Shown one piece after another: positions 38,165 through 47,039 of a stretch of 64,000 bases of DNA. Under the pieces are notes generated by a model, which saw only the letters and a program-made list of their open reading frames with translations, ran no database searches and was not told the origin of the DNA. The position numbers and the translations under genes are program-made. Position 1 is the first letter of the stretch. Every line of letters starts with the position of its first letter. Origin of the DNA: an uncultured Verrucomicrobiae bacterium (GTDB lineage: Bacteria; Verrucomicrobiota; Verrucomicrobiia; Limisphaerales; Palsa-1400); the NCBI GenBank assembly GCA_963764165.1, contig CAVXRD010000003.1, positions 640,001 to 704,000 of the forward strand. The letters are read 5' to 3'.

Positions 38165-38593
38165 ATGACTGCCAAACAAATGAATACTTTGAGCGCCGAA
38201 AAGCCGGAGAGCATTGTGAAACATCGCCGCTCGCGGTCAGGCAACGCCCCTCTCCTGTCAACACTTCTGCCGGCTGCTGACGGCGAGGAAGCGCCCAAGC
38301 CCCGCTTCGATGTGGATAAATTTGAGTGCGAGGCCGAGAAAGACGCTCCGTCCGCTTCACCGATGCGAGTCTTGCTGCAAAATGCCAAGACCCACAAATT
38401 CTTCTCCGGCGCCACTGGCTGGACAAGCGATCCAAAGCGAGCCCAGGATTTTCGCAGCGGTTGGTGGGCCACCGTATGCGCTTTTACGATGAACCCACGC
38501 AACCTGGTCATCCACTACGAGTTTGCGAACGACCGTTACAATCTGCACATCCCGGTCCTTGGCCAATTGGCCGGGCCTGGCCGCGCCTACTGA
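38165..38593 (+). CDS. Hypothetical protein
   Basis: C-terminal MRVLLQN...WTSDPKRAQDF...A motif; start uncertain. Confidence 0.65.
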   Translation: MTAKQMNTLSAEKPESIVKHRRSRSGNAPLLSTLLPAADGEEAPKPRFDVDKFECEAEKDAPSASPMRVLLQNAKTHKFFSGATGWTSDPKRAQDFRSGWWATVCAFTMNPRNLVIHYEFANDRYNLHIPVLGQLAGPGRAY

Positions 38594-41500
38594 ACCTGCA
38601 TGACCACGTAGAACCTCTGCGTGGCATTGGCTGAATTGGGATCGATCCACGACGTGGACGCCCCTGTTGCGGTTACATTGGCTCCCGTTGCGATCCACGA
38701 AGGATCGGTCAGGTTGTTCTTGTAAAACACTTGATACGCCGTCCCCGCCGCGCTCGGCCAGCTAAACGTGGGAACCCCATTGTTCATCGCGGCACTCGGG
38801 GCCACCGTATTTCCCGGAAGAGTGATCGAAGCCGTGGTTGGATTGCCCAGCGAATAGCCAGAACCGGCGCCTAGAGTCAGAGTGACCGTCCGGGCTGCGA
38901 CTGGAGTCGTGGAGACGAGCTGCGTAATGGTCAGGGTCGCTGAAGTCGTGCCCGCCGGGATGACAAGCGGCGAGTTAGAAACTACCAATCCGCCTGCCAG
39001 CACCTGATAATTCGCCCCCGCCACCGCCGTGCCGCCGAGTGTATAACCAATGCTCGTCGCATTCGCGCTGCTGCTGGACAAATTAATGGTGAACGTTCCG
39101 ATGGGTGCTGCAAGGCTTTGCTGCTCCGCGGCGGTCGAATTCACCGTGGCCAGGGGGGTGGTCGGATTTGTGTTTGTCGAAGTGGTAATGACGTTAAGAA
39201 CGCCCGCGCAATCCCAATCGGCCTGGCCGCCGTAAAGAGTGAAGGCAAGTCCGTTTACTGTCGCGCCAGCCAATCCAACGTCGGCAGCGGGCACAGCCAA
39301 CTGAACCCATTTGCCGGTGGCGGGCAGCGCGCCGATGTTCGTTCTGGAAACACCTTCCACGCCGAAGGAGAGAAGATCAGCCCCCCAGTAGGCGCGATGA
39401 TTCCAATTGCCCGTGGAATCGCACCACTGAAGCATTGCTTCCACCGGCGGATTGTTAGGGTTGAGGTAAATCCAAGCATACAATGTCGAGTTGGTTTCGA
39501 CGCTGAGAGTAGCCGAGGCGTTTTGGAAGTAGACCTGGTGCTCGCCTGCTGCGGAGGCAGAGGATTGTTCCAGCGTGCCCGAATACGGCGTGGGGTTGCT
39601 GCTCACCCAATTCCACGAATCTCCACCGTCTGAACCGGCTTGGGCGCCGCCCGGGAGCGAATCATCCACCCAAATGATGTTGGGAGAATCCGCCGAGAAC
39701 GTGGTGCGCGCGAAAATGCGGCGGCCATCCGGAAATTGCGCTTCCGCTTCAACCCACTGGGCTCCGTTCACCATCGGAGCGTAATTAAACGACTGGCCAA
39801 AGGCGGGAATCTGAATGGCTTCCGCAGTGCCAACCGCATTGGCTTCCCACACGATGCGAGCGGTGCTCAAATCGTAACCGGGGGCGGTCAGCGTGAAGGT
39901 TGTATTGGAGCCAATCGGGACTGTGCCCGAGGGCGTGCTGATCGTCGCGGAAACCGCGCTCCAAGCCTGCGTCTTGTATGAGGTTTGGCCGGCGAGGAAC
40001 GCCAGCGCTCCCAAGCCGCGCGCGGAATTCAACACGACCATTTCCGTGTCCACGTTCCAGCTATCACCCCAGCGATCATAGAATGGATACATCGGCGAGG
40101 AGCCATCGCCCGGGAAGGACAGCTCTTCCAATTCACCCGCGTAATTCCACAGGTAACCAAAATCGGCCTGAATGTTGCCGATAGGCAAACCGGTCGGCGG
40201 AAGCGCGCGGACATCGTTCAATTCCCATTGGCTGACGATGCCGTGCTGGCGCTTCCAGCCGAGGCCGGTCACATACGAGACGTTTACAGGATTGCAACCG
40301 CCTTCGTAGTTCATGTTCGCCACGAGGGCGTTCATGTAGTTTGTGTTTGGATTAATCTGATAAGCCACTGCCATGTCGAAGGCTTGGTCGGCCGAGAAAT
40401 ACCAGCCGGCGCTGTTGACCTCCTTGGTGGCCGTCGGAAAGCTGGTTCCATAGGCGCTCTCTTGCGACCAGGTCAGGACGTTGTTGCCGGCTGTGACGAC
40501 TTCGTTTGTGCAGGCGGCCAGGAATGTCGCATTCAACTGGCTGGCGGAAGAAACACGGCCGCTTTGCAATGCGAACGCATAGCTGCGAATCGCGTGGCCG
40601 TACGATTCGGACATGTGCCACCACCCCCAGCGCCACGTGGCGGGGTCAGCGGGATTGAACCATGACAGAAGGAGGCTGTGAGCATTGGCGTCGCCTGTCG
40701 CGAGATAGATTTGGCAGGCGGCCCAGGCGAGTTCGTCATGATCCGCGAAATCATCACCGTAAGCGGTGATCTTCTGGTAGAAGTTGCCGTAACCGTACTT
40801 GTTGACGGCGTTGGTCAGGAAGCTCCAGCCCAACTGCGCCTGCTTCAAATATTGAGCCGCAACCGCGGGATAGGTTTTCTTAAACAAAGGCGAAGACGCG
40901 GTTTGCGCCAGTGCGGCCACTGCCGCCGCCGTAGAGGACGATGTCTTCGGCCAGACCACTTGGGGATCGCCGTTCTCGGGAGTGACGTTGCTCTCGTATT
41001 CGCGGTCGGTCGGGTAGACGAGGAAGTAGAATCCGCCGTCTGCATCCTGCAATTTGGCGAGGTAATCCGCTTCCCATTTCGCTTCCTGCATGACATCGCT
41101 GATGCCGTCGCCGCTCTCAGCGATTCCGAGATTGTCGAGCGAAGCGACGCCCGGAATCGAATCCACTTCGAACATCAGGTAGTGAATGAGGCTGGCCACG
41201 TTGATGGTGTATTTGCTGTAGTCGCCCGCATCGTGATGGCCGCCGGTGGTGTTGACCGTGCCCGTGTTGACGAACGGGAATAATGAGGCCGATGGGCTTG
41301 TCAGATACGGGGCGGCTTGTGGTGCATTCTCCGTATTCACCGTGATGGCGTAGTTGGAAATCGTCGTCCACGTGAAACCGTAGGACGAGGCCGGCATCGG
41401 CACGCTGGACGGCGCGCTGTGGCAGGCGTCATGCGCGAAGCGCGTCACCGGGAGTTCCATGTCAAACCCGCAGCGCTGATGGAAAAGCCCCATGGCGTAG

Positions 41501-43044
41501 GCACGTGCGAAGCACATGCCTACGCCGGCGTCGATTCGGAAGGGCATCGACCCACCCATGCCAGGAATTACCAGACGGTATTGGCCGGGTGTGGAGAAAC
41601 TTGAAAAGTCCGCTTGATAAACTTGCTGGTAGGGCACGGGGGAACCGGCTTGGGCGTTCCAACCGTAATCGGCGCGTTGTGTGAGCGATCCGGCGTAAAC
41701 AACCGAGCCGCTGACCGCGTCCACCAGTTCAAAACCACTGCTGACGGGAACCGGCATATCGCCGAGGCTTCCGAGGTAATAGCCGACCATCGCTTGTTTG
41801 GAGTAATTCGGCAGATAGCCTTCCTGATTGACGTGGATGGCCGGGTTGAAACGCAAGGGATCAGAGGTCGACGTGAACAATGTGCTGCTGGACCAGAGCG
41901 TCCCGTCGGTATTCAACACCTGAACGGTTTGATTCGTGGCGATCGGCGTGCCCAATTCCAGATAGATCGAATTGGCGATTCGCAGATCATAATTGGACAT
42001 CGGCGCATAAAGCGGGCGGCGTTTGAAACCGACGCCAGTCACTGCGACGCTTTGGCCATTGGCTTGGACAGAGAATTGACTGGCCAACGGCGCCGTCAGT
42101 GCGAAGGCATTGACGAAATTCCAGTTTGTCACCACAGCCGGATCGGCGGCTTTGGAGGTAATCATGTCCACTTCGAGAAGATTCGGCGTGAGAATATGCA
42201 GGGCTGTCGCGCCAACCGGAGGAATCTGCATGTTCATGTCATCCAGAATCGTCAAACCCGGAATGGCGCTGGTGCTGGAGATTTGGGAGAACATGTTCGT
42301 CACAGTGGTGTTCGTGGAGGAACCCACCGTTGTTCCAACGTTTCCGGAGCCACCGGTTGATCCCGTGGAGCCAGAGCTATTGGTCGAGCTGGACGAACTG
42401 TTTGTGCTTGGCCCGCTGCTGTTGTTGGTTGATCCACTCGACTGCGTAACAAGGGAGATGGACGAGGCATCGCCCGCGTAGTCCCAATTCACGCTGCCGC
42501 CATAAAGGCTGAAAGCCATTCCGCTGACAGTCGAGCCGCCAAGCCCGACGTCCGCCGCCGGAATGGTCAGGAGCGTCCACTGGCCGGCGGTCGGAATTGG
42601 ACCCATGTAATAACTGCCGGCGGTGCCGTTGGCTCCGTAGGAAATCTCGTAATTCCCCCAATACGCACGGTGATTCCAAGACGAACCATCATTCCATTGC
42701 AGCATGATTTCACTCGGGATGCTGGAGGGATTGACGTAAACCGCGGCGAAAAGAGTATCGCCGGAATTCACCGTCATGGTCTGGGACGCGCCGGAGAAAT
42801 AATGCTCATGAAGGCCGGCCGCTGAACTGGACTGCTGGGAGGCGGAACCCGAAAAAGGAATGGGACTGCTTGAAGTCCAGGCCCAGGAATCCCCGCCGTC
42901 CGCGCCTGATTGCGCCCCTGTTGGAATTGAATCCTCCACCCACACGACGACATTTGTGCCACTGATTGGAGCGGATGCCTGAATGGAAGGCGCGAGCGCG
43001 CCCAAAGCCACTAGGCCCAGACTGATGATGTGCGATTTCTCCAT
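38587..43044 (-). CDS. Large modular secreted GH9 with two copies of an unknown ~160-aa domain, Ser/Thr linker and Calx-beta-like domain
   Basis: HVNQEGY, GGHHDAGDYSKY, DELAWAA, DTEMVVLNSA; duplicated WVED/WVDD...NHRAYWG...WDxAG domain. Confidence 0.88.
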   Translation of the reverse strand: MEKSHIISLGLVALGALAPSIQASAPISGTNVVVWVEDSIPTGAQSGADGGDSWAWTSSSPIPFSGSASQQSSSAAGLHEHYFSGASQTMTVNSGDTLFAAVYVNPSSIPSEIMLQWNDGSSWNHRAYWGNYEISYGANGTAGSYYMGPIPTAGQWTLLTIPAADVGLGGSTVSGMAFSLYGGSVNWDYAGDASSISLVTQSSGSTNNSSGPSTNSSSSSTNSSGSTGSTGGSGNVGTTVGSSTNTTVTNMFSQISSTSAIPGLTILDDMNMQIPPVGATALHILTPNLLEVDMITSKAADPAVVTNWNFVNAFALTAPLASQFSVQANGQSVAVTGVGFKRRPLYAPMSNYDLRIANSIYLELGTPIATNQTVQVLNTDGTLWSSSTLFTSTSDPLRFNPAIHVNQEGYLPNYSKQAMVGYYLGSLGDMPVPVSSGFELVDAVSGSVVYAGSLTQRADYGWNAQAGSPVPYQQVYQADFSSFSTPGQYRLVIPGMGGSMPFRIDAGVGMCFARAYAMGLFHQRCGFDMELPVTRFAHDACHSAPSSVPMPASSYGFTWTTISNYAITVNTENAPQAAPYLTSPSASLFPFVNTGTVNTTGGHHDAGDYSKYTINVASLIHYLMFEVDSIPGVASLDNLGIAESGDGISDVMQEAKWEADYLAKLQDADGGFYFLVYPTDREYESNVTPENGDPQVVWPKTSSSTAAAVAALAQTASSPLFKKTYPAVAAQYLKQAQLGWSFLTNAVNKYGYGNFYQKITAYGDDFADHDELAWAACQIYLATGDANAHSLLLSWFNPADPATWRWGWWHMSESYGHAIRSYAFALQSGRVSSASQLNATFLAACTNEVVTAGNNVLTWSQESAYGTSFPTATKEVNSAGWYFSADQAFDMAVAYQINPNTNYMNALVANMNYEGGCNPVNVSYVTGLGWKRQHGIVSQWELNDVRALPPTGLPIGNIQADFGYLWNYAGELEELSFPGDGSSPMYPFYDRWGDSWNVDTEMVVLNSARGLGALAFLAGQTSYKTQAWSAVSATISTPSGTVPIGSNTTFTLTAPGYDLSTARIVWEANAVGTAEAIQIPAFGQSFNYAPMVNGAQWVEAEAQFPDGRRIFARTTFSADSPNIIWVDDSLPGGAQAGSDGGDSWNWVSSNPTPYSGTLEQSSASAAGEHQVYFQNASATLSVETNSTLYAWIYLNPNNPPVEAMLQWCDSTGNWNHRAYWGADLLSFGVEGVSRTNIGALPATGKWVQLAVPAADVGLAGATVNGLAFTLYGGQADWDCAGVLNVITTSTNTNPTTPLATVNSTAAEQQSLAAPIGTFTINLSSSSANATSIGYTLGGTAVAGANYQVLAGGLVVSNSPLVIPAGTTSATLTITQLVSTTPVAARTVTLTLGAGSGYSLGNPTTASITLPGNTVAPSAAMNNGVPTFSWPSAAGTAYQVFYKNNLTDPSWIATGANVTATGASTSWIDPNSANATQRFYVVMQVQ

Positions 43045-43182
43045 GCGTGCCTACTGTGGCAGGCTCAGGGAAACCCCGAAATCGGCCTAAGGAGAATTCT
43101 CATGTAAGACATGAGGAACTTTCCGTGTAGGAGTTTGGCCTACACGCGGAACCGAAGGTGTCTGACACCCGGAAATTTTTAA

Positions 43183-43442
43183 TCTGGAACGACCGAACTC
43201 AGGAAAAGAGGCCCGCTTGCAAACAGTCAATCATGCGCGGCAGGTTCCACTCCTGACGGAGCTTAACAAATCCTCTCGTGATCGTTTCTACAACGGTGCC
43301 GCGGCTACGGTGCTTGGCGGCAATCCGGCATGAAGAATTTTGTCTCGCACCCCAGGCAGGCGACCGTGGAGGGAAATTCATGAATTAGCAACTCGCGTGA
43401 GAACCGCCATCAGCCTCTTTTCCTGCGTTCGGTCGTTCCAGA
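43183..43442. mobile_element. MITE-like element, 30-bp TIRs, flanked by TTAA
   Basis: tctggaacgaccgaactcaggaaaagaggc (43183-43212) vs gcctcttttcctgcgttcggtcgttccaga (43413-43442), one mismatch; no transposase inside. Confidence 0.7.
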
Positions 43443-45194
43443 TTAAATAATTCCCGATTTCATCCGTGCGAAATAGCCTCCCCTGCTTTCCAATTCAGCA
43501 AGCGTTCCAAATTCTGTCACTCGGCCTTGTTCCAAAACGAGCACCTTTTGCAGTCCAGTGATCGTCTCATACCGATGCGCCACCATTAAGCCGATCCGTC
43601 CGCGCAAAAGCGTCTGCAAACTTTCAGCGATCAAGGCCGCGCTTTCTCCATCGAGGGCGCTGGTCGGCTCGTCAAGCAGGATGACTGGGGCGTTCTTTAG
43701 AAAGGCGCGGGCGAGGTTGAGCCGCTGGCGCTCTCCGACGCTGACGCGGGCAGCGCCATCGCCTATGCGGGTTTGGAATCCATCCGGCAGTTTCTCGATG
43801 AAACTTAGGGCGTTGGCGGCACGGGCCGCCTCCGCAATTTCCTCCTTGCTTGCGCCCGATTTTCCGCAGGCGATGTTCTCCGCCACCGTCGCGGGAAGGA
43901 TGATCGGTTCCTGCAACACAACTCCGATCTTCTGGCGCAACGCCGTCAAATCCCACCTCCGCAAATCCACCTCACCAAGTTCAATGCCGCCCGACGTTGG
44001 ATCAAAAAACCGCGGCAGCAAATGCATGAGCGTCGTTTTGCCAGCGCCACTTGGTCCCACGATGGCGAGCGATTCCCCGGCAGCCAGCGAGAACGAAACA
44101 TCGCGCAGAACATCGCGCCCATTTTCGTAAGCAAACGAAACATTGCGAAACACGAGCCCCCCGCCGGGCTTGGCCGCCACGGGATCGCTGGGGGTTTTCA
44201 CTTCCGCCGGCGAGTCAAGTATTTCGAATACCCGGCGCGAACCCGCCAGCGCCCCAGCCACGGTCGTGCCGACGAAGGACAATTGGCTAAGCGGCTCATA
44301 AAGCAGCACCAGATAGGAAAGGAAAACAAACAGTTCGCCGACCGTTAAATTGCCGATGAGCACTTGCCTCGCGCCAAACCACGTCGTCACCGCCGTCCCG
44401 AAACCAAAGATGATCGCCACGGTGAACCCGTAAGCCAGTTCCCAGCCGTGCTGCGAAAGGCGTTTCGTTTGCGCATCGGCCGCCGCCGCGCTGTGGCGCT
44501 CCGCCTCAACGGTTTCGCGCGTGTAACTTTGCGTCAGCAACTGCGACGAAATCGCTTGCTCCACAAGCGAAGTCAGAATGCTGTCGGATTGCTGGGCGGC
44601 GGTTGTTTTGGATTTCATCGCGATTCCGAAATAGCGAAGACCAATGACAAGCAATGGCGCCAGGGCCAGCGCGGCCAATGTCAGCGGCACGTTCAATCGG
44701 AACATGATGTACGCCATCACCACCAGCGAAAGCGACGCGGCGGCGATGGTGATCAAGCCTTGCTGAAAAAGCGTTTGCACCGAATAGGAATCCCAAGTGG
44801 CGCGGTAAATCAAATCACCCGCGCTCATTTTTTGATGAAATCTCAGCGAAAGCCGCAGCAGCCGGTCAAACAATTCCTCCCGCAACCGCGTCAATCCGCG
44901 CAGACTTATCTGGATGGAATAATAATTCTGGAAGGCCGCGAAGAATCCCTGCGCGAAGTAGACGAATAAAATAGCGACGCTGACCATCATGGCGAATCGC
45001 GGCTTGTCGGCATACGGAATAGGCGCGCTCTGCCCTGGCCACGGTTTTCCGCCCAGCACCGAATCGATGAGCAGCGCCACCGGCCACGGTTTGAGCACGT
45101 TGAGCCCGACGTTGAGCAGCATAAGCCCAAACACCGCGGCAATGCGCGCCACATCGGAGCGGAAATACTTCAGGACGCGCAGCAAGTCTTTCAT
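43443..45194 (-). CDS. ABC exporter, fused permease/ATPase (MsbA-like)
   Basis: TM domain; GPSGAGKT; VSVGERQR; LLDEPTSALD. Confidence 0.94.
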   Translation of the reverse strand: MKDLLRVLKYFRSDVARIAAVFGLMLLNVGLNVLKPWPVALLIDSVLGGKPWPGQSAPIPYADKPRFAMMVSVAILFVYFAQGFFAAFQNYYSIQISLRGLTRLREELFDRLLRLSLRFHQKMSAGDLIYRATWDSYSVQTLFQQGLITIAAASLSLVVMAYIMFRLNVPLTLAALALAPLLVIGLRYFGIAMKSKTTAAQQSDSILTSLVEQAISSQLLTQSYTRETVEAERHSAAAADAQTKRLSQHGWELAYGFTVAIIFGFGTAVTTWFGARQVLIGNLTVGELFVFLSYLVLLYEPLSQLSFVGTTVAGALAGSRRVFEILDSPAEVKTPSDPVAAKPGGGLVFRNVSFAYENGRDVLRDVSFSLAAGESLAIVGPSGAGKTTLMHLLPRFFDPTSGGIELGEVDLRRWDLTALRQKIGVVLQEPIILPATVAENIACGKSGASKEEIAEAARAANALSFIEKLPDGFQTRIGDGAARVSVGERQRLNLARAFLKNAPVILLDEPTSALDGESAALIAESLQTLLRGRIGLMVAHRYETITGLQKVLVLEQGRVTEFGTLAELESRGGYFARMKSGII

Positions 45195-45206
45195 TCGGGC
45201 GCGTGG

Positions 45207-46814
45207 TCACTCGGGAATTGTGGCCAAAAATCGCGGGGCTCTCCGCGCCTGCGCCATTCGCTCGAACGCAAACGCCAGAGCCAGCAATTTTGGTTCGCTC
45301 CAGGCCCGCCCGAAAAAGGAAATCCCGACCGGCAATCCATTCACAAATCCCGCCGGAACGGTAATGTGCGGATAACCGGCAATCGCCGCCGGAGTCGTGC
45401 AGCCGCCGGTGTCACGGTCACCCCACACCAAATCCGTCCGCGTGGCCGGGCCTGTCGTCGGCGCAATGAGCGCGTCCAAATTTTCCTGGTCCATGACGGC
45501 GTCGATTCCCTCGGTGCGCGCGAGTTGATGATTCCGCGCCAACGCGTCGAGGTAAACCCTTTCCGTCAGCGGCCCTTTGGCTTGAGCCTTGAGGAAAAGC
45601 TCCTGGCCAAACCACGGCATTTCCTTGTCCTTATTGCGTTCGTTGAATTCGATGATTTCCGCCAGAGACTTCACCGGCGACGCTGGTCCAATCCACGCCA
45701 GATACTTGTTCAAGTCCGCCTTGAATTCTGTCAATAAGACTTCGTCCTCGCCGCCGCCAAATTTTCCGTGGCTCGGCAAATCTGCCGGGTCGGCAAATTC
45801 AGCGCCATTCGATTTCATGGCGGCGATGGCGTCTTCCATTAATTTGTCGACGGCGGGATGAAAGCCAAAAAACTTCCGCGCCACACCAAGCCTTGCGCCG
45901 CGCAGAGCATTCACGTCCAGAAATTTCGTGTAGTCGGATTCCGGTTTCGCGGAAGCGGTGGCTGGATCGCCGGGATCGGCGCCGGTCATGCAGCCGAGGA
46001 GAATCGCGGCGTCGGTTACGGTGCGCGTCATTGGGCCAGCGGTATCCTGACTGTGAGCAATGGGGATAATGCCCGAGCGGCTGATAAGCCCCAGGGTGGG
46101 TTTGAGCCCCACCAATCCGCAATAGGAGGAGGGCGAGGTGACTGAGCCGTCCGTCTCGGTTCCGACGCCGACGGCGCAAAGATTGGCCGAGACCGCCGCG
46201 CCCGTGCCCGAGCTGGAACCCGACGGATTTCTGTCAAGCACATATGGGTTCAGCGTCAAACCGCCCCGCCCGCTCCAGCCGCTGGTGGAGCGGGTCGAGC
46301 GGAAATTCGCCCATTCGCTCAGGTTGGTTTTGCCGAGGATGATCGCGCCCGCCGCGCGCAATCGCTGAACCAAAAAAGCATCCGCTGGAGGGTTCGCGCC
46401 GGCCAGCGCGAGGGAGCCGGCGGTGGTCATCATTTTGTCGCGCGTCGCGATGTTGTCCTTGATCAAAACCGGAATGCCGTGCAAAGGTCCGCGCGCGCCT
46501 GTCGTTTTTCGCTCCCTGTCCAATGCTTCCGCCAGCTCAATCGCGTCCGGATTTATTTCGATCACCGAGTTCAACTTCGGCCCGCGCTTATCCAGTTCCT
46601 TTATTCGGCGGATATAGTGCTTCGCAAGGCTCGCCGCGGTGACACGCCCGGCATCCATCGCCGCGCGGATCTCCCCGGCGGGCGCCTCATCCCATTCCGA
46701 AGAACGCACGCGAGCAGCCGGCTTGGACGAGGAATCGGAGGAAGCGCTGGCAGGTTGAGCCAAAGCGGCCGCGCTGCCGGCCAAACTGGTTTTCAGAAAA
46801 TCACGTCGATTCAT
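45207..46814 (-). CDS. Tat-exported amidase-signature family enzyme
   Basis: MNRRDFLK twin-arginine signal; KDN, GSSSG, GTETDGS motifs. Confidence 0.93.
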   Translation of the reverse strand: MNRRDFLKTSLAGSAAALAQPASASSDSSSKPAARVRSSEWDEAPAGEIRAAMDAGRVTAASLAKHYIRRIKELDKRGPKLNSVIEINPDAIELAEALDRERKTTGARGPLHGIPVLIKDNIATRDKMMTTAGSLALAGANPPADAFLVQRLRAAGAIILGKTNLSEWANFRSTRSTSGWSGRGGLTLNPYVLDRNPSGSSSGTGAAVSANLCAVGVGTETDGSVTSPSSYCGLVGLKPTLGLISRSGIIPIAHSQDTAGPMTRTVTDAAILLGCMTGADPGDPATASAKPESDYTKFLDVNALRGARLGVARKFFGFHPAVDKLMEDAIAAMKSNGAEFADPADLPSHGKFGGGEDEVLLTEFKADLNKYLAWIGPASPVKSLAEIIEFNERNKDKEMPWFGQELFLKAQAKGPLTERVYLDALARNHQLARTEGIDAVMDQENLDALIAPTTGPATRTDLVWGDRDTGGCTTPAAIAGYPHITVPAGFVNGLPVGISFFGRAWSEPKLLALAFAFERMAQARRAPRFLATIPE

Positions 46815-47039
46815 CCGCGCCAGTGTACTTTTTGCGAGGGTGCGCGGCAATGGTATTTGACTCTGCGAGCAGATGCCATCGCCTGGTCTTCTTCGTGTCC
46901 TTTGCGCGCTTGTAGTTCGATCCTGTCTTAACAACAAGGTCGCGAAGATCACAATGGAGCATTCTCACGCACCCGGCGTTGATTTCCCCGCGAAAAGGCT
47001 GTTCATTGCGGCCCTAATGAGAGACAGTGGACAGCATCA

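Noticed and set aside
43178..43447. Retron msr-msd RNA
   Set aside because: Long flanking inverted repeats fit, but there is no reverse transcriptase gene in the window
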